NCBI RefSeq assembly: GCF_001194135.2
Contig: NC_068983.1
Span: forward strand, 102,026,312 to 102,090,311
Direction: 5' to 3'
From: Octopus bimaculoides
Taxonomy: Eukaryota
Length of the DNA: 64,000 bases
The translations under genes and the position numbers were made by a program. Of the stretch, positions 53,022-64,000 are shown piece by piece. Every line of letters starts with the position of its first letter. Position 1 is the stretch's first letter. Below the pieces are notes generated by a model that saw nothing but the letters and a program-made list of their open reading frames with translations, searched no databases and had not been told where the DNA came from.

Positions 53022-54637
53022 GGATCTTTTCAGTTTGGCTGCCAGCATTTCAGAAATTAAAGCTTACAGAAAATTTTAAAATTTGGCACAATAATGCACT
53101 TGCCCAAACTGAATTGCTGCAGTTATTTTACTTTTTCCAGAAAATTGTTTTTAAAAAATTATAGTAGTTTACAGTTTGATCATTTTCACCCAGTTAGGAA
53201 ATAGGATTTGGACGCTGTCATTTTGTGCGTGACTACATATTTTGTCAACATCCTGAAAATAGCACGTGTTATCAATATTTGTAAACAACACGTGTTATGT
53301 CTCTGGTAATTTTCTTTCATGTAAATAAATCTTATTTAGCTGTTATTTTTAGCACATCTCACAACCACAAGTGTTTAATGCAAATGCGATAAACAACACT
53401 ACATGCGATAAACACATTACAATTTTTAACAGAAAGGTTTGGAAGAATTTTAAAAGAGAAAAACAGTTTAATTTAAAAGAGAAAAACAGTTAGTTTTAAA
53501 TCTCTGAGCAAGATGTTGGCAAATAAACTTTAATTTAAAAGATTTATCAAAAAAATCTTATTTAGCTGTTATTTTTAGCACACCTCACAACCACCTCAAT
53601 GTTCAATGACAAAAAGAAATGAGTAAACAAACATTTAAGCATTCAATATACATTTAATGCAAATGTGATGAACAACACATTACATGTGATAACCACATTA
53701 CAATTTAAATATGTTTAATTGCAATTTAAATATGCTTAAAAAACAAGCATTTACCAAATATTCAATATGTATTTAATGCAAATGTGATGAACAATATGCT
53801 ACATGCGATAAATACATTACAATTTTTAACAGAAAGATTTGGAAGAATTAGATGAAAGTTCTCTGGTAATTTTCTTTCATGAAATAAATGTTTATGTCAA
53901 TTTAAAAGATTTATCCAAAAAATGTTATTTTTAGCACACCTCACAATCACCTTCAATGCTCAATGACAAAAAGAAATGAGTAAATAAACATTTAAGCATT
54001 CAATATACATTTAATGTAAATGCGATGAACAACACATGTACGATAAACACATTACAATTTGAATATGCTTAAAAAACAAACATTTAAGCAGCAAGTATCA
54101 CCAGTACATGTTCCCACCATGTCTTTTCGTACATGCCTCTTTTTACATAATTTTCTTTTGGGCATAATAACACCCTTTTCTTGAAGGTACAATACAGTAT
54201 CCTCCTCTGTTTTCAATTTTTCCATAATAGAAGCAAAGTTACTGGAGCTTGCTGCCATAATCACACAGAACTCAGAACACAACATCAAATTTGTCAACAC
54301 ATGCTTCCTTGCTAATGAAAGACATTTCAAAACTACTGTCAACACATACTTCCTCGCAGATAAAAGATTTTTCAAAGACTGTTACTATGGCAATAGGTAA
54401 AAGAGTTCTCATGTTCCACTTCATACTATTGAAACAGCCATGAATGTATCTGTGGCTTACGATTGGCTAAAATTACCAAAATTCTCAAACTTTAATCACT
54501 AATAACTCTTTATTTTTTGATTTATAGTGAAAATTACTTTTACATCATTAATTAACCTGTAAAAGTGTAATCATTACATTGAATATGAAATCAATTCAAA
54601 CAGAAAATTGACGCTGGCAGCCAAACAGAAAAGATCC
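53022..54637 (-). mobile_element. Merlin-type (IS1016/IS1595-like) non-autonomous DNA transposon with internal tandem repeats and a transposase N-terminal relic
   Basis: 25-bp TIR ggatcttttc(a/t)gtttggctgccagc (1 mismatch); exact 8-bp TSD ctctcttt (53014-53021, 54638-54645); repeated unit ttatttagctgttatttttagcacacctcacaaccac over ~53330-54060; relic EEDTVLYLQEKGVIMPKRKLCKK...C..C at 54052-54250. Confidence 0.8.
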
Positions 54638-55725
54638 CTCTCTTTTTGGTTTATGTTGCTAATACAAATTCACACATTTTTCTCTGAAATTGAATTTTGT
54701 ATAAAATTTGTGTTCAATTTTTGGTGATCTAAGAATTGCCATATCAATCTTCATTAAGTATTAAGTTTTTATTAATTAGTGATCTAGTTAAAGAAATGTT
54801 TCCAAGTGAGGAATCAGTTGTTGTTAGCATTAGTTCAACTTGTGGCATAGGTAACAGTAAGGAGGGGGAAGTTTGTCTTTGGCAATGCATTTATCAAGGT
54901 GGCACTTTGGGGTCTGCTGTATAAGCCTGAATAAACTGTATTGCAAGGGTGGGTAGAGGCACACACTCTAGTTACATCATTGAGATCAACTCTGATCAAG
55001 CAAACCAAAATCAAAGATATTCAGGCTATACTCACCCATGATTTTTTTTATCAGAACAACATATCTGAAAATAGAATATCTAAGGCCATATGCCTTGCAG
55101 TTAGGCTGATAGATTCACAATAATACTGTCGCACTCATATTGTCATAGATTCAAAATCTGGATTGGTTGATGCATTGGGCTCTTAGGCAAAGCATTTGAT
55201 TTCATGTTGCTCCAATCAACTAGAAATAAGTTGTATCTGCTACAGGGTGATACCTTATAACCTACTAGCCTCAAAACCTTGCAAATACTAGTTGCCAACA
55301 GTGCTTGATGGCTATATTGTTCAATGTGCTCTGCCCTTTTATAGGATGGTAGGGTGTGACTTGAGAGAGATTTGACTGTTATCACAAACAAGTTTCAAGG
55401 TATCTGTCACTGAGTCAGAAATGGTTTGTTTGAGGTCAGCATTGTTATTGTTTAAATGTAGGTCAGACTCAAAGATTTAGCAGAATTCATAATAAAAACT
55501 GTCTCTATCATGATTGTCTTTTATTTTGGCCATGTATTTCTAATGACCATTATTGAATACGCATTTATTATTTTTTTTTTCAGAGACAGCATGGTTGTAT
55601 AGTTAAGAAACTTATTTCTCAACCAGTTGTTTAAGGGTTCAGTCCAGTGTATTTTGTTATAGGCCAGCCAAAGTCTTGAGTGGATTTTGTAAACAGAAAT
55701 TGAAACAAACCCATCATGAATAAAT

Positions 55726-55770
<45 letters not shown>

Positions 55771-55789
55771 TTTTATTACATAATATTAG

Positions 55790-56260
55790 CAAACTAGTGG
55801 CAGCACTACTGCAATGCTAAATGATAACACAGTTGAAAAGAAGATCTACATTGGGCTAGTTGAAGGCAACTTCAAAAATCACTATGCTAATCACATATCT
55901 TCCTCTTGACACAGGGACAAACTTAAAGCCACTAAGTTGGCTAGCCATGTATAGGATTTGAAGTCTAATTCCACACAACATACAGTAAAGTGGAAAATGG
56001 TTGGAAAATCCACACCATATGTCAACAGATCAAAAAAATGTAAGCTATGCATAGCTGAAAGAACACAGATCCTTTTCAGATCTAAGAACTCTACCACACT
56101 GCTGAATTTCATCTCTGAAATTTTCAATGGCTGTAAGCATATGGATAAGTTCCTGTTGGTGAATTGGAGAGTACCACCCTCTCCAGATTGAGCAGCTGTA
56201 CTGCAGACTCCAGGTCACTATTCTTTCAGCTTTATGAATTACAGTCAAAAGGGACATAAC
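55790..56260 (+). mobile_element. Penelope-like element 3' remnant encoding GIY-YIG endonuclease
   Basis: EKKIYIGLVEGNFKNHYANHISS*HRDKLKATKLASHV*DLKSNSTQHTVKWKMVGKSTPY...CKLCIAER...LLN...CKH...FLL; decayed hammerhead-like stem (gattga gcag ctgta ctgc) right after the ORF at ~56185-56215. Confidence 0.8.
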
Positions 56261-57204
56261 TAATTCTTCCCCTTTGCTTCTTTCTGTTTTCTTTTTTTTT
56301 TTTTTCCCAGTTTTTCAACCTTCTCCCTATTATGTCTACTTCCTTCTTGCCTTTTCTTGTTTTTCTCTCATTCTACCATCCTATTTTTAGCTTGTTATGC
56401 CATGTGAGCACAGCCTGAGGATTGTGCTAAGTCACTTGACATGTTAAAAAAAGCTGTCTGATCTGCTTTCATCACATGAAACTAATAGTATCTCCTAAAA
56501 ACAAATATTGTGTTTATTAAATAATATTTATCTCTCACCAGATGGACTACTTTTTTTGTTGATATATGTGGTATAGATAGATGTGTGTGTGTGTGTGTTT
56601 GTATGTGTGTGTGTATGTATATGTGTTTGTGCATGTGTATATGTGCGTGTGAGAGTGTGTTTGTGTCTCATTGTCTTGAAATAACATGACAATTGAAAAT
56701 GAGTCTCACTGTCATATAAGCAGTGTTATCTATTTTCTATATTCTGTGAGAACATGTCTAGTCATGGGGAAATATTACCTGACTGAGAAACAGGTTTAGG
56801 CTGATTACAGGAAGGGCATCCTGCCACAGAAAATCTGCCACAACTAAACCCATCTGAGCCATGCAAACATGAAAAGGTGGATAGTAAATGACGATGGTAA
56901 TGGTCTCCCTCAAGTCATGCCACACTGTCTTAAAAAGAAAAGATAAACTAGACAATATAATTCTAGATATATTAGCGCTGAAAAAAGAAAGACAAAATGG
57001 TCATAGTTGGAGCTCCTTTGATAGCTTTGCTCATCAGGGTTGAACTTGTTGAACAACATTATATATCGTTGTAGTTGTCATATAGCCCCAGTCAATAAGT
57101 TGTTTCTGACTGTGTTGACCTATGATCAAATCAATTGATCCATGACTGCCCTGTTTCTTGTTTTGCTTTTAGGAATAATGTATCCCAGAATACATTATCT
57201 AATG

Positions 57205-57487
57205 CAGTGGTTCTCAACCATTTTTCACCTATGGACCCCTTTGATTCCTATCTTACTCTGGTTGACCTCCATAGCCATTCAATGTTTTTAAAAATCCTGT
57301 TGTATTTTCCTAATTAAATATTATAAGAAATTTTATTTAAAAAGTTGTTAAAATATTTTGTTAAAAAAGTTGTTAAAATATTTTGTGTATTGTAGAAGTA
57401 TAACCAATTTATTGCACATAAATTTTTAACAATGGAATCCTATGTGGAACCCCAAGGGCCATATGGACCCCAGTTGAGAATCAAATG
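57205..57487. mobile_element. hAT-like MITE
   Basis: Termini cagtggttctcaacc ... cagttgagaatcaaatg resemble hAT/Charlie TIRs; no clear TSD. Confidence 0.5.
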
Positions 57488-58431
57488 TGTTTCTTTTAAG
57501 ACTGTGGTATGAGGGAGATTTGGTTACTGTTCTTGATAAATTTAGTGACCACACTGAGATTCCAGACAAAAGATTATAAAGAGGAGAATAATGGTTGATT
57601 TAATTGATCTTCATAGAGGAAGACAAAATTTCCTTTGTAACCATATGGTTTCAAGTTCAATTGTGTTGCCTGGTTCCTTGGTCAAATATCTTGTAACTTA
57701 GGTTGATCATTGCACTGTTTGTACACTTGGTAAACAAAAATTGTATGGAAGCCTATCATATATTTTTTATCTTTTACTATTTTTTGCCATCAGACTGATA
57801 GGTTTAGAAGAAAAAATTAATCTCAGTACTTATTTTTTAGTCCGGTATTTATTTTATTGGTTTCTTTTACTGAACCAATAACTTACAGAGATGTAAACAA
57901 ACCAACACTGATTGTCAAGTAGAATGGTGAACAAACACAAACACAGACACAGACAAGTTTCACGTGATCAGTCTATTAAGCAACCAATCAGCATCAAGCT
58001 GTGGCATGATTCAGTCTTCATGAAGCTTATTGTACCCTATAAAACACTGCTTTTGACGTCTAAATTCTTTCGAGACTATTGAAGCAGCTGAGCAGTATGT
58101 GTCTCCATTTTTGTCAGGCAACTGTAAATAACCAACACAGTTTGTGTGACAATAAATTCTTTGGTTAGATGTTCATGGGTGTTTTTCAGTTATTTCTTCA
58201 TGCAGCCAAGAATCATATTTTCATTCACCAGTTCACCCATTCCCACAACAGCCAATAGTATCCCTTGACATTGTTAACATTTGACATTAATTTTCACCAA
58301 CACAGCCGTTGGTAACTTGCAACTCAAGAAAAGGCCAATAAGACCACAAAATTGGACAATCGATTTTCATCTCCTTAATATTTGGTGATATTCAACTCAG
58401 AAATAGCCAGCAAAATCTGTTAAAATAGACT

Positions 58432-59352
58432 TGTAGAACGACTGTGCGAACCAAGGAGAATGGTGATGAATGGAATGGCTCCATTTAACGCGTCGCACGG
58501 TCGACACAAATATAATAATATATAAGTGAACTCACATATGAATGTGAGGAAGTGCCAACAAGGAAAAGAGAGAGATACAACCGGTAAAGATGTAATAAAG
58601 AGAAAGGTTTATTAGAGCATTAAACTGTGTGTCTGTGTGTGAGTGAATGCGGCATAATAACATAATATAAGACAGGCCGTCAGGTAAACAAAAGAGTGTG
58701 TGTATACAAATATGTGTATGTGAATGCAACAGAATACAGAGCATAGAAAAGAATCTGTAACAAGGATGTTAAGCGTCCTGAACACAAGGATAAGAAATAC
58801 CAGTTCTTAGTTAAGGTACACAGTATATTGAAAGTCCATATATAAGAGGTTGAAGTGTCAAGACAGAGCTAAGTCACATGTTGTGAAGTTGAAGCTTCTA
58901 TGCCGAGCTGGTTACTTGATACAGAGGTTCTCGCAGGTTGAGTTCTGTTAACCTTGGTGAAGATATTTCACAACAGTATTGAGTGAACCTGTGTGGGCGC
59001 TGTTTGGTTGCTGTGTACGTAGAGACATCGTGTTGACATTGGCGACGAAGCTTGTAGTAAACAGTTGAATGGTGGTGTTGATTCTCCAGTAGAGCGGAGT
59101 CATGTCGTCACTGGAAACTGGGTGGTTGGTGCTCTGTGGTCAACGGCTAGACTTCAGAAGGTCTGAAGCCGCGACAAACTGGCGTAGATGAAGCAGGCTA
59201 TTTTATAGGAAAAATTTGGCTCCAGAAGCATCAGAAAACACTCTCTCACGTGACCTTATCAGAAGGCCACGATTGGTTGGTATGCACCCTGGCGCGAAAC
59301 AGTACCAAGCAGGGTCCAAGGTGCAGCCGAAGGCTAGCTGTTACCAGCTACA
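58432..59352 (-). mobile_element. Solo-LTR-like element, copy 2
   Basis: Minus strand begins TGTAGC and ends TTCTACA; CCAAT 59276, CACGTG 59252, TATAAAA 59207, AATAAA downstream; no convincing TSD. Confidence 0.6.
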
Positions 59353-60010
59353 TCCGCATTTACAAACATACAACTGAGAGAGAAGCTTTGCTATAGACTC
59401 CACTCATTTAGCATATGAACATCAACTAGTCATCATGACTACAACAACAAAGAAAAGATCAAAATGGGCAGACGCCACTGCACATGCAATTCTTACCACC
59501 ACAATTCCTACCTCTTCAAGCTATGATGTTAAGAAGACTGTTAGCTTAGGTGCATCTTTCATCTTGCTCAAAATAGTCAAATTCAACATTCAACACCAAG
59601 GAAAGTCTCTTCTCTCAAATGAATGATTTTGAAGCGAATTTGAGCCAAAATTTTCCCGAGTTCACTATAATGGCATTTACTCTCTTCATATCCTTTCATT
59701 TGCATGGTTCCAACCAATTTGCGTTTTAAATATGGTAACCTCACATGATATTATGGATATTTCATCTTCAAATACTTCTAATGCAGACAGTGACCAGGGA
59801 ATGAAGTTTGCTTAGTGAGTGCAAACTCAGGTCCAAATTTTTTTACAAACAAGGCTGATTTTTTTTCAATGTTAATGTCAAAACAAACAAGTATAATAAT
59901 ATTTTGCGTTATCATATACAGAAAATTAATGCTTCAAAACATTCCAAAGTTTTTATATATTCACCCGTTTTTGTGATGAAGTTTTCCAAGAGGATGTCCA
60001 AAGTGCTTTC

Positions 60011-60737
60011 GGATCTTTTCTGTTTGGCTGCCAAAGTTTCAAAAATTAAAGTTTATCAAAAAATTTTTTAATTTGGTACATTAATATGGTTTTCCAGTTG
60101 AAATGCTGGAGTTATTTCCTTTTTTCCAAAAAATGTTTTCTTAAAGTTATAGAGGTTTAAAGTTTGATCATTTTCACCCAGTCTGGAAACAGGATTTGGA
60201 AGCTGTCATTTTGTGCATGTCTGCACATTTTGTCATCAGAAAATAGCATGTTTTGTCAATATTTGATTTCTGCATGTGAAAAAACGAATAAACAACACAT
60301 CTTTTGTAGTTTTAAGCATTCAATATGCATTTAATGTGATAAACAGCATATTACAAATTAAATATTTCTCAAAATAGACTTATAGCACAAACTTATAAGA
60401 TTTATTTAAAAACAAAAACAGATTGGTAAAATTTCCAGGCTAGGAAAACAGTAGAACATAGCATCAACAAGTGGTGTCAACACGTGCTTTCTTGCAAACA
60501 AAAGAGTTCTCATGTTCAGCTAGTTACTATGGAAACAGGCATGAATGAGTCTGTGGCTTATGATTGGTTAAAATTACCCAAAATTTTCAAATTTTAGTAG
60601 CTAATAACTTTTTAATTAATGATTTATGGCAAAAATAATTTTCATAGCATTGATTAGCCTATAAAAGTGTACCATTACACTGAATATGAAATCAATTTGA
60701 ACAGAAATTGACCTTGGCAGCCAAACAGAAAAGACCT
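60011..60737. mobile_element. Second, internally deleted copy of the same Merlin-type family
   Basis: Same TIR at both ends; shared subterminal blocks; degenerate TSD gtgctttc / gtgttttc (7/8). Confidence 0.78.
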
Positions 60738-61492
60738 GTGTTTTCATTGTACAAGTTTTCATGTACATGCATAACAACATAGAGTGTCAGACAGTGTTGC
60801 ATCATTGTGGTATGGAGTCAGGTCTTCAAACAGCAAAGTTTGCTGAATATTTTTTTGCTTGATGCAACAAACACAGGCTTGCAACATGACATTCTCATCA
60901 CAAAATCTTGTCCATAGCGTTTCCAGAAGAATGGTGCACTGGTGAACAAAGTTCAATGCATCAGTGACCATGGTGACATCTATGAGCTGAGGGAAAAGAC
61001 CAATACTTACCCGAGGATACATATAGGTGGAGAACTCACGGGGTAAAAATAAGAAGTGATATAATAATTAAGTCATTTAAGGAATGTGTTAAGGCAAAAT
61101 TGCTACACATTCATTTATTACCTATAGTAGCGGTTCCCAAACTTATTTTGTCACTGAACCTTTAAACAATTTTCTCCGAACCACAAAACTTATCACCTGT
61201 ATTTTACAGACAACCTCTGCCACTGTAATTTTATAAGATATTGAAAGAAATTGTTTTAGAGAGAGAGAGAGAGAGAGAATTTATTCATATATAAAAAAAA
61301 TATCAAATAGGGAATACCATCATTTTTTTTTTTTTTGCAAAACAGATTTTTATTAAATTTTATTAAAAGACATGTTATCTGACAAAACTCCAATACCACA
61401 GCAGATAAGATGAAGTTAATTAAGTTAATTATGGATAAAATGAGGATGGATTTGATAATAAAATTGGAATTGATCCTATATGACTATTTAAT

Positions 61493-62050
61493 TCAAGCAT
61501 GTATACCAATGAATCCAAACTGATTACCAAAAGGTGTTTTGTCTCTTATGCAAGAAAAAAATAAATCTGGGTTGCATACAGTGCAATATGTTGCAGTTGT
61601 TGAATCAATATTTTCAGGTAATATGCCATTTCTTTCAAGGATCTTAAGATTGGCTTTGAACAAGTCTACATGGTAATTATCATCTTTTTCATTATATTTC
61701 AGGCATTCTGATAATGATATATCTTTAAATTTCTGAGCAGCTTTAGTATCAAGTACAAAGCAGCATCCTTCCACTGCAGGACCAAGTGTAACCAAAATAT
61801 CTTGAGTATTTGAACCAAGTTCAGTCATTTTCTTAATGACTTCTTTTGCTATCTCTGCTACAGTTCCCTTCCAGCCACTGTGGGCTACACCACAACATTT
61901 CTTGATAGGATCTGCAAAAATTAGGTCTAAACAGTCGGCTCCAGGTGCAGCTAAAGTAATTCCTTGCTCTACAGTTACCACACCATCATAAACTTCAGGT
62001 TTTGGTGTTCCAGTTTGCCATACAATATTTCCATGATCAACTAAAGGCGT
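61493..62050 (-). CDS. LACC1: Terminal coding exon (185 aa + stop) of laccase-domain-containing protein 1 / FAMIN, YfiH/PgeF-family purine nucleoside phosphorylase; upstream exons not found in window
   Basis: ORF 61493-61981 extends in frame to a splice acceptor (ttttgctttttgtctttctttattctcactag|ACG, exon start 62050, phase 0). Peptide TPLVDHGNIVWQTGTPKPEVYDGVVTVEQGITLAAPGADCLDLIFADPIKKCCGVAHSGWKG...LGPAVEGCCF...CTVCNPDLFFSCIRD...FGFIGIHA has family motifs DH, YDG, GADC, AHxGWKG, LGPxxxxCCF, FFS. AATAAA on minus strand at ~61349-61364. Confidence 0.92.
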   Translation of the reverse strand, partial: TPLVDHGNIVWQTGTPKPEVYDGVVTVEQGITLAAPGADCLDLIFADPIKKCCGVAHSGWKGTVAEIAKEVIKKMTELGSNTQDILVTLGPAVEGCCFVLDTKAAQKFKDISLSECLKYNEKDDNYHVDLFKANLKILERNGILPENIDSTTATYCTVCNPDLFFSCIRDKTPFGNQFGFIGIHA

Positions 62051-62220
62051 CTAGTGAGAATAAAGAAAGACAAAAAGCAAAACAATTACATATATATATA
62101 TATATTTGTTTCTGTATATATTTATTTAAATATATGTATGTATTAATATGCTAAATACATATGTTTGTGTGTGTGTGTACATGTGCGTGCATGTATATGT
62201 ATGTGTGTATGTAGATACAC

Positions 62221-62630
62221 TCTCTTTACTCTCTTTTACTTGTTTCAGTCATTTGACTGTGGCCATGCTGGAGCACCGCCTTTAGTCAAGCAAATCGACC
62301 CCAGGACTTATTCTTTGTAAGCCTAGTACTTATTCTATCAGTCTCTTTTGCTGAACCGCTCAGTTACGGGGGACGTAAACACACCAGCATCAGTTGTCAA
62401 GCGATGTTGGGGAGACAAGCACAAACACACAAACACACACACATATATATACGTATACATATATACAACGGGCTTCTTTCAGTTTCTGTCTACCAAATCC
62501 ACTCACAAGGCTTTGGTCGGCCCGAGGCTATAGTAGAAAACACTTGCCCAAGGTGCCACGCAGTGGGACTGAACCCGGAACCATGTGGTTGGTAAGCAAG
62601 CTACTTACCACACAGCCACTCCTGTGCCTA
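62221..62630 (-). mobile_element. tRNA-derived SINE family B (CORE-like ggcaccttgggcaagtg, internal (TG)n) in the LACC1 intron; other copies ~14314-14705+, 14850-14995-, 16160-16360-, 22345-22500-, 28200-28590-, 33790-33950-, 34910-35080+, 35500-35690-, 55580-55720+, 57770-57950-
   Basis: Head ggctgtgtggtaag...ccgggttcagtcccactg; repeated many times in the window. Confidence 0.85.
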
Positions 62631-62736
62631 TAATATATATATTATATATTATATTTAACCGGATGAAAATTTACTTTCTCTACTAGGGGAATTATTCCCT
62701 AGGTTTCCTTATATATATATATATATGTATATATGT

Positions 62737-62787
<51 letters not shown>

Positions 62788-63074
62788 TATAAATGAAAAA
62801 TGAAGGCAGAATCCTAGAATATTCTTAAGCATTGAACCTGGAAAAGTACAGGACAAGAAGAAAAAAACTTTGCTGCTGAAGTTAAAATTTAAAATCTAAA
62901 ATAGTAGTAATTGCCTTTTTATATTTATTATTTTTACTTAAAAGTTTAAATTAAAATACTCAAGAACCTATTTATTTTCAATTTTAGTGATAAGGCTAAT
63001 TGCCTACAAAGTTTACACATTAAAAATTTGATATTACAAAAATATATTTTTTTAAAAATCACATAAAAGCAATT

Positions 63075-63520
63075 TGAAGTGGGATATGGTCTAGTCACTC
63101 ATATAGTTAACCAGGTTGTCCACGAAAGAATCATACCCAATGACTGGTGTAGTAGCACCATTGTCAACTGCTCCAAAGGTAAAGGTGACACCTTAAACAA
63201 AAATAATTACAGAGGTGCCAAATTGTTGAACCAGGTGATGAAAGTTACAGAGAGGGTCATAGCACAACTTATTATGAAGAGAGCTTGTCTAGATGAGATG
63301 CAATTTGGTTTTGTGCCAGAAGAACCACTGATGCTATATTCCTGGAAAGCTAGCTGCAGAAGTACTTAGCCAAAAATAAACCTCTGTACTTGGCTTTTGT
63401 TGACACGAGGAAAGCTTTTGATAGGGTCCTCCTGCTCCCTTATCTGGTGGTCAATGTGGAAGCTAGGGATAGATGGATTGGTTGGTAAGAGTTGTACAAG
63501 CTATGTACAGAGATGTCAGT
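63075..63520 (+). mobile_element. RTE-clade LINE RT fragment
   Basis: GYGLVTHIVNQ...IPNDWCSSTIVNCSKGKG...DEMQFGFVP then LYLAFVDTRKAFDRV; homologous to the 410-1720 copy; antisense to the LACC1 intron. Confidence 0.88.
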
Positions 63521-64000
63521 AATTTGCTTTGCAGGAAGGACTATTCCAACCAAGTCGCATATTGTCCCGTCCTTTGAAACACAGAGTAGATGGACAGGGA
63601 CAACTGACGAAGGGAAATATTCTTTATGTTGCATGTCTTGTTTCTGTTTTTTTTCGTTGTTCGAAAAAAAAGTTTGTTTTTTTGTTTTCGTTTCTCATTG
63701 TGTTTAACGTTTTTTTGTGATGTCCTGTACCCATATGTGCATGTATGTATACATATAGATGTAGGTTTGTACATATATGTATGGCAGTGGCGTGCAGTCT
63801 CAGACATGCAAGAAATGCGCCGCATGCCTTGTTATATAATCGGAAAATTAGATAAAATAGTTACTTTCTTGCAAAAAATAATCCGTCCAGTTTTCGAAAT
63901 ATTCTGTCTCCCCTTCCCCTCTCTCAGTGACTAGTAAAAACTTTGAGAATCCAGCATATAGACACTCCCTAACTCCCTATCTATGTTAGTTTGTCCTTCC

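Noticed and set aside
53330-54060. Repeat array superficially resembling CRISPR
   Set aside because: The units are long, irregular AT-rich tandem copies inside a TIR element, without unique spacers or cas genes; eukaryotic context.
63595-63640. CUGACGA-AGGG motif preceded by gggacaa
   Set aside because: No GAAA or stem II/III can be formed from this copy.

Overview
AT-rich, repeat-saturated animal DNA from a gapped short-read assembly, with nine N-gaps, most flanked by (TA)n. The repeat families and simple-repeat load suggest a coleoid cephalopod, probably Octopus (inference). There is one clear protein-coding exon: the terminal exon of a LACC1/FAMIN (YfiH/PgeF-family purine nucleoside phosphorylase) orthologue at 61493-62050 (-), with the His/Cys/His catalytic triad intact. 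A weaker candidate exon at 50509-50706 (-) encodes a TM helix followed by a SEA-like start. The rest is transposon-derived: RTE LINE fragments, three tRNA-derived SINE families, a full-length decayed mariner, two Merlin-type elements (one with an exact 8-bp TSD), TTAA and hAT MITEs, an unclassified foldback element with internal TTAGGG, two diverged solo-LTR-like copies with a conserved CCAAT/E-box/TATA module, and Penelope-like (PLE) remnants. The most notable unannotated signal is a set of minimal type-I hammerhead ribozyme folds in PLE-like or SINE-like repeats. One has an intact core and palindromic stem III (21176-21261, -). Others carry variant cores, and some sit in long inverted-repeat hairpins. 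No prokaryote-type systems (CRISPR etc.) are present.
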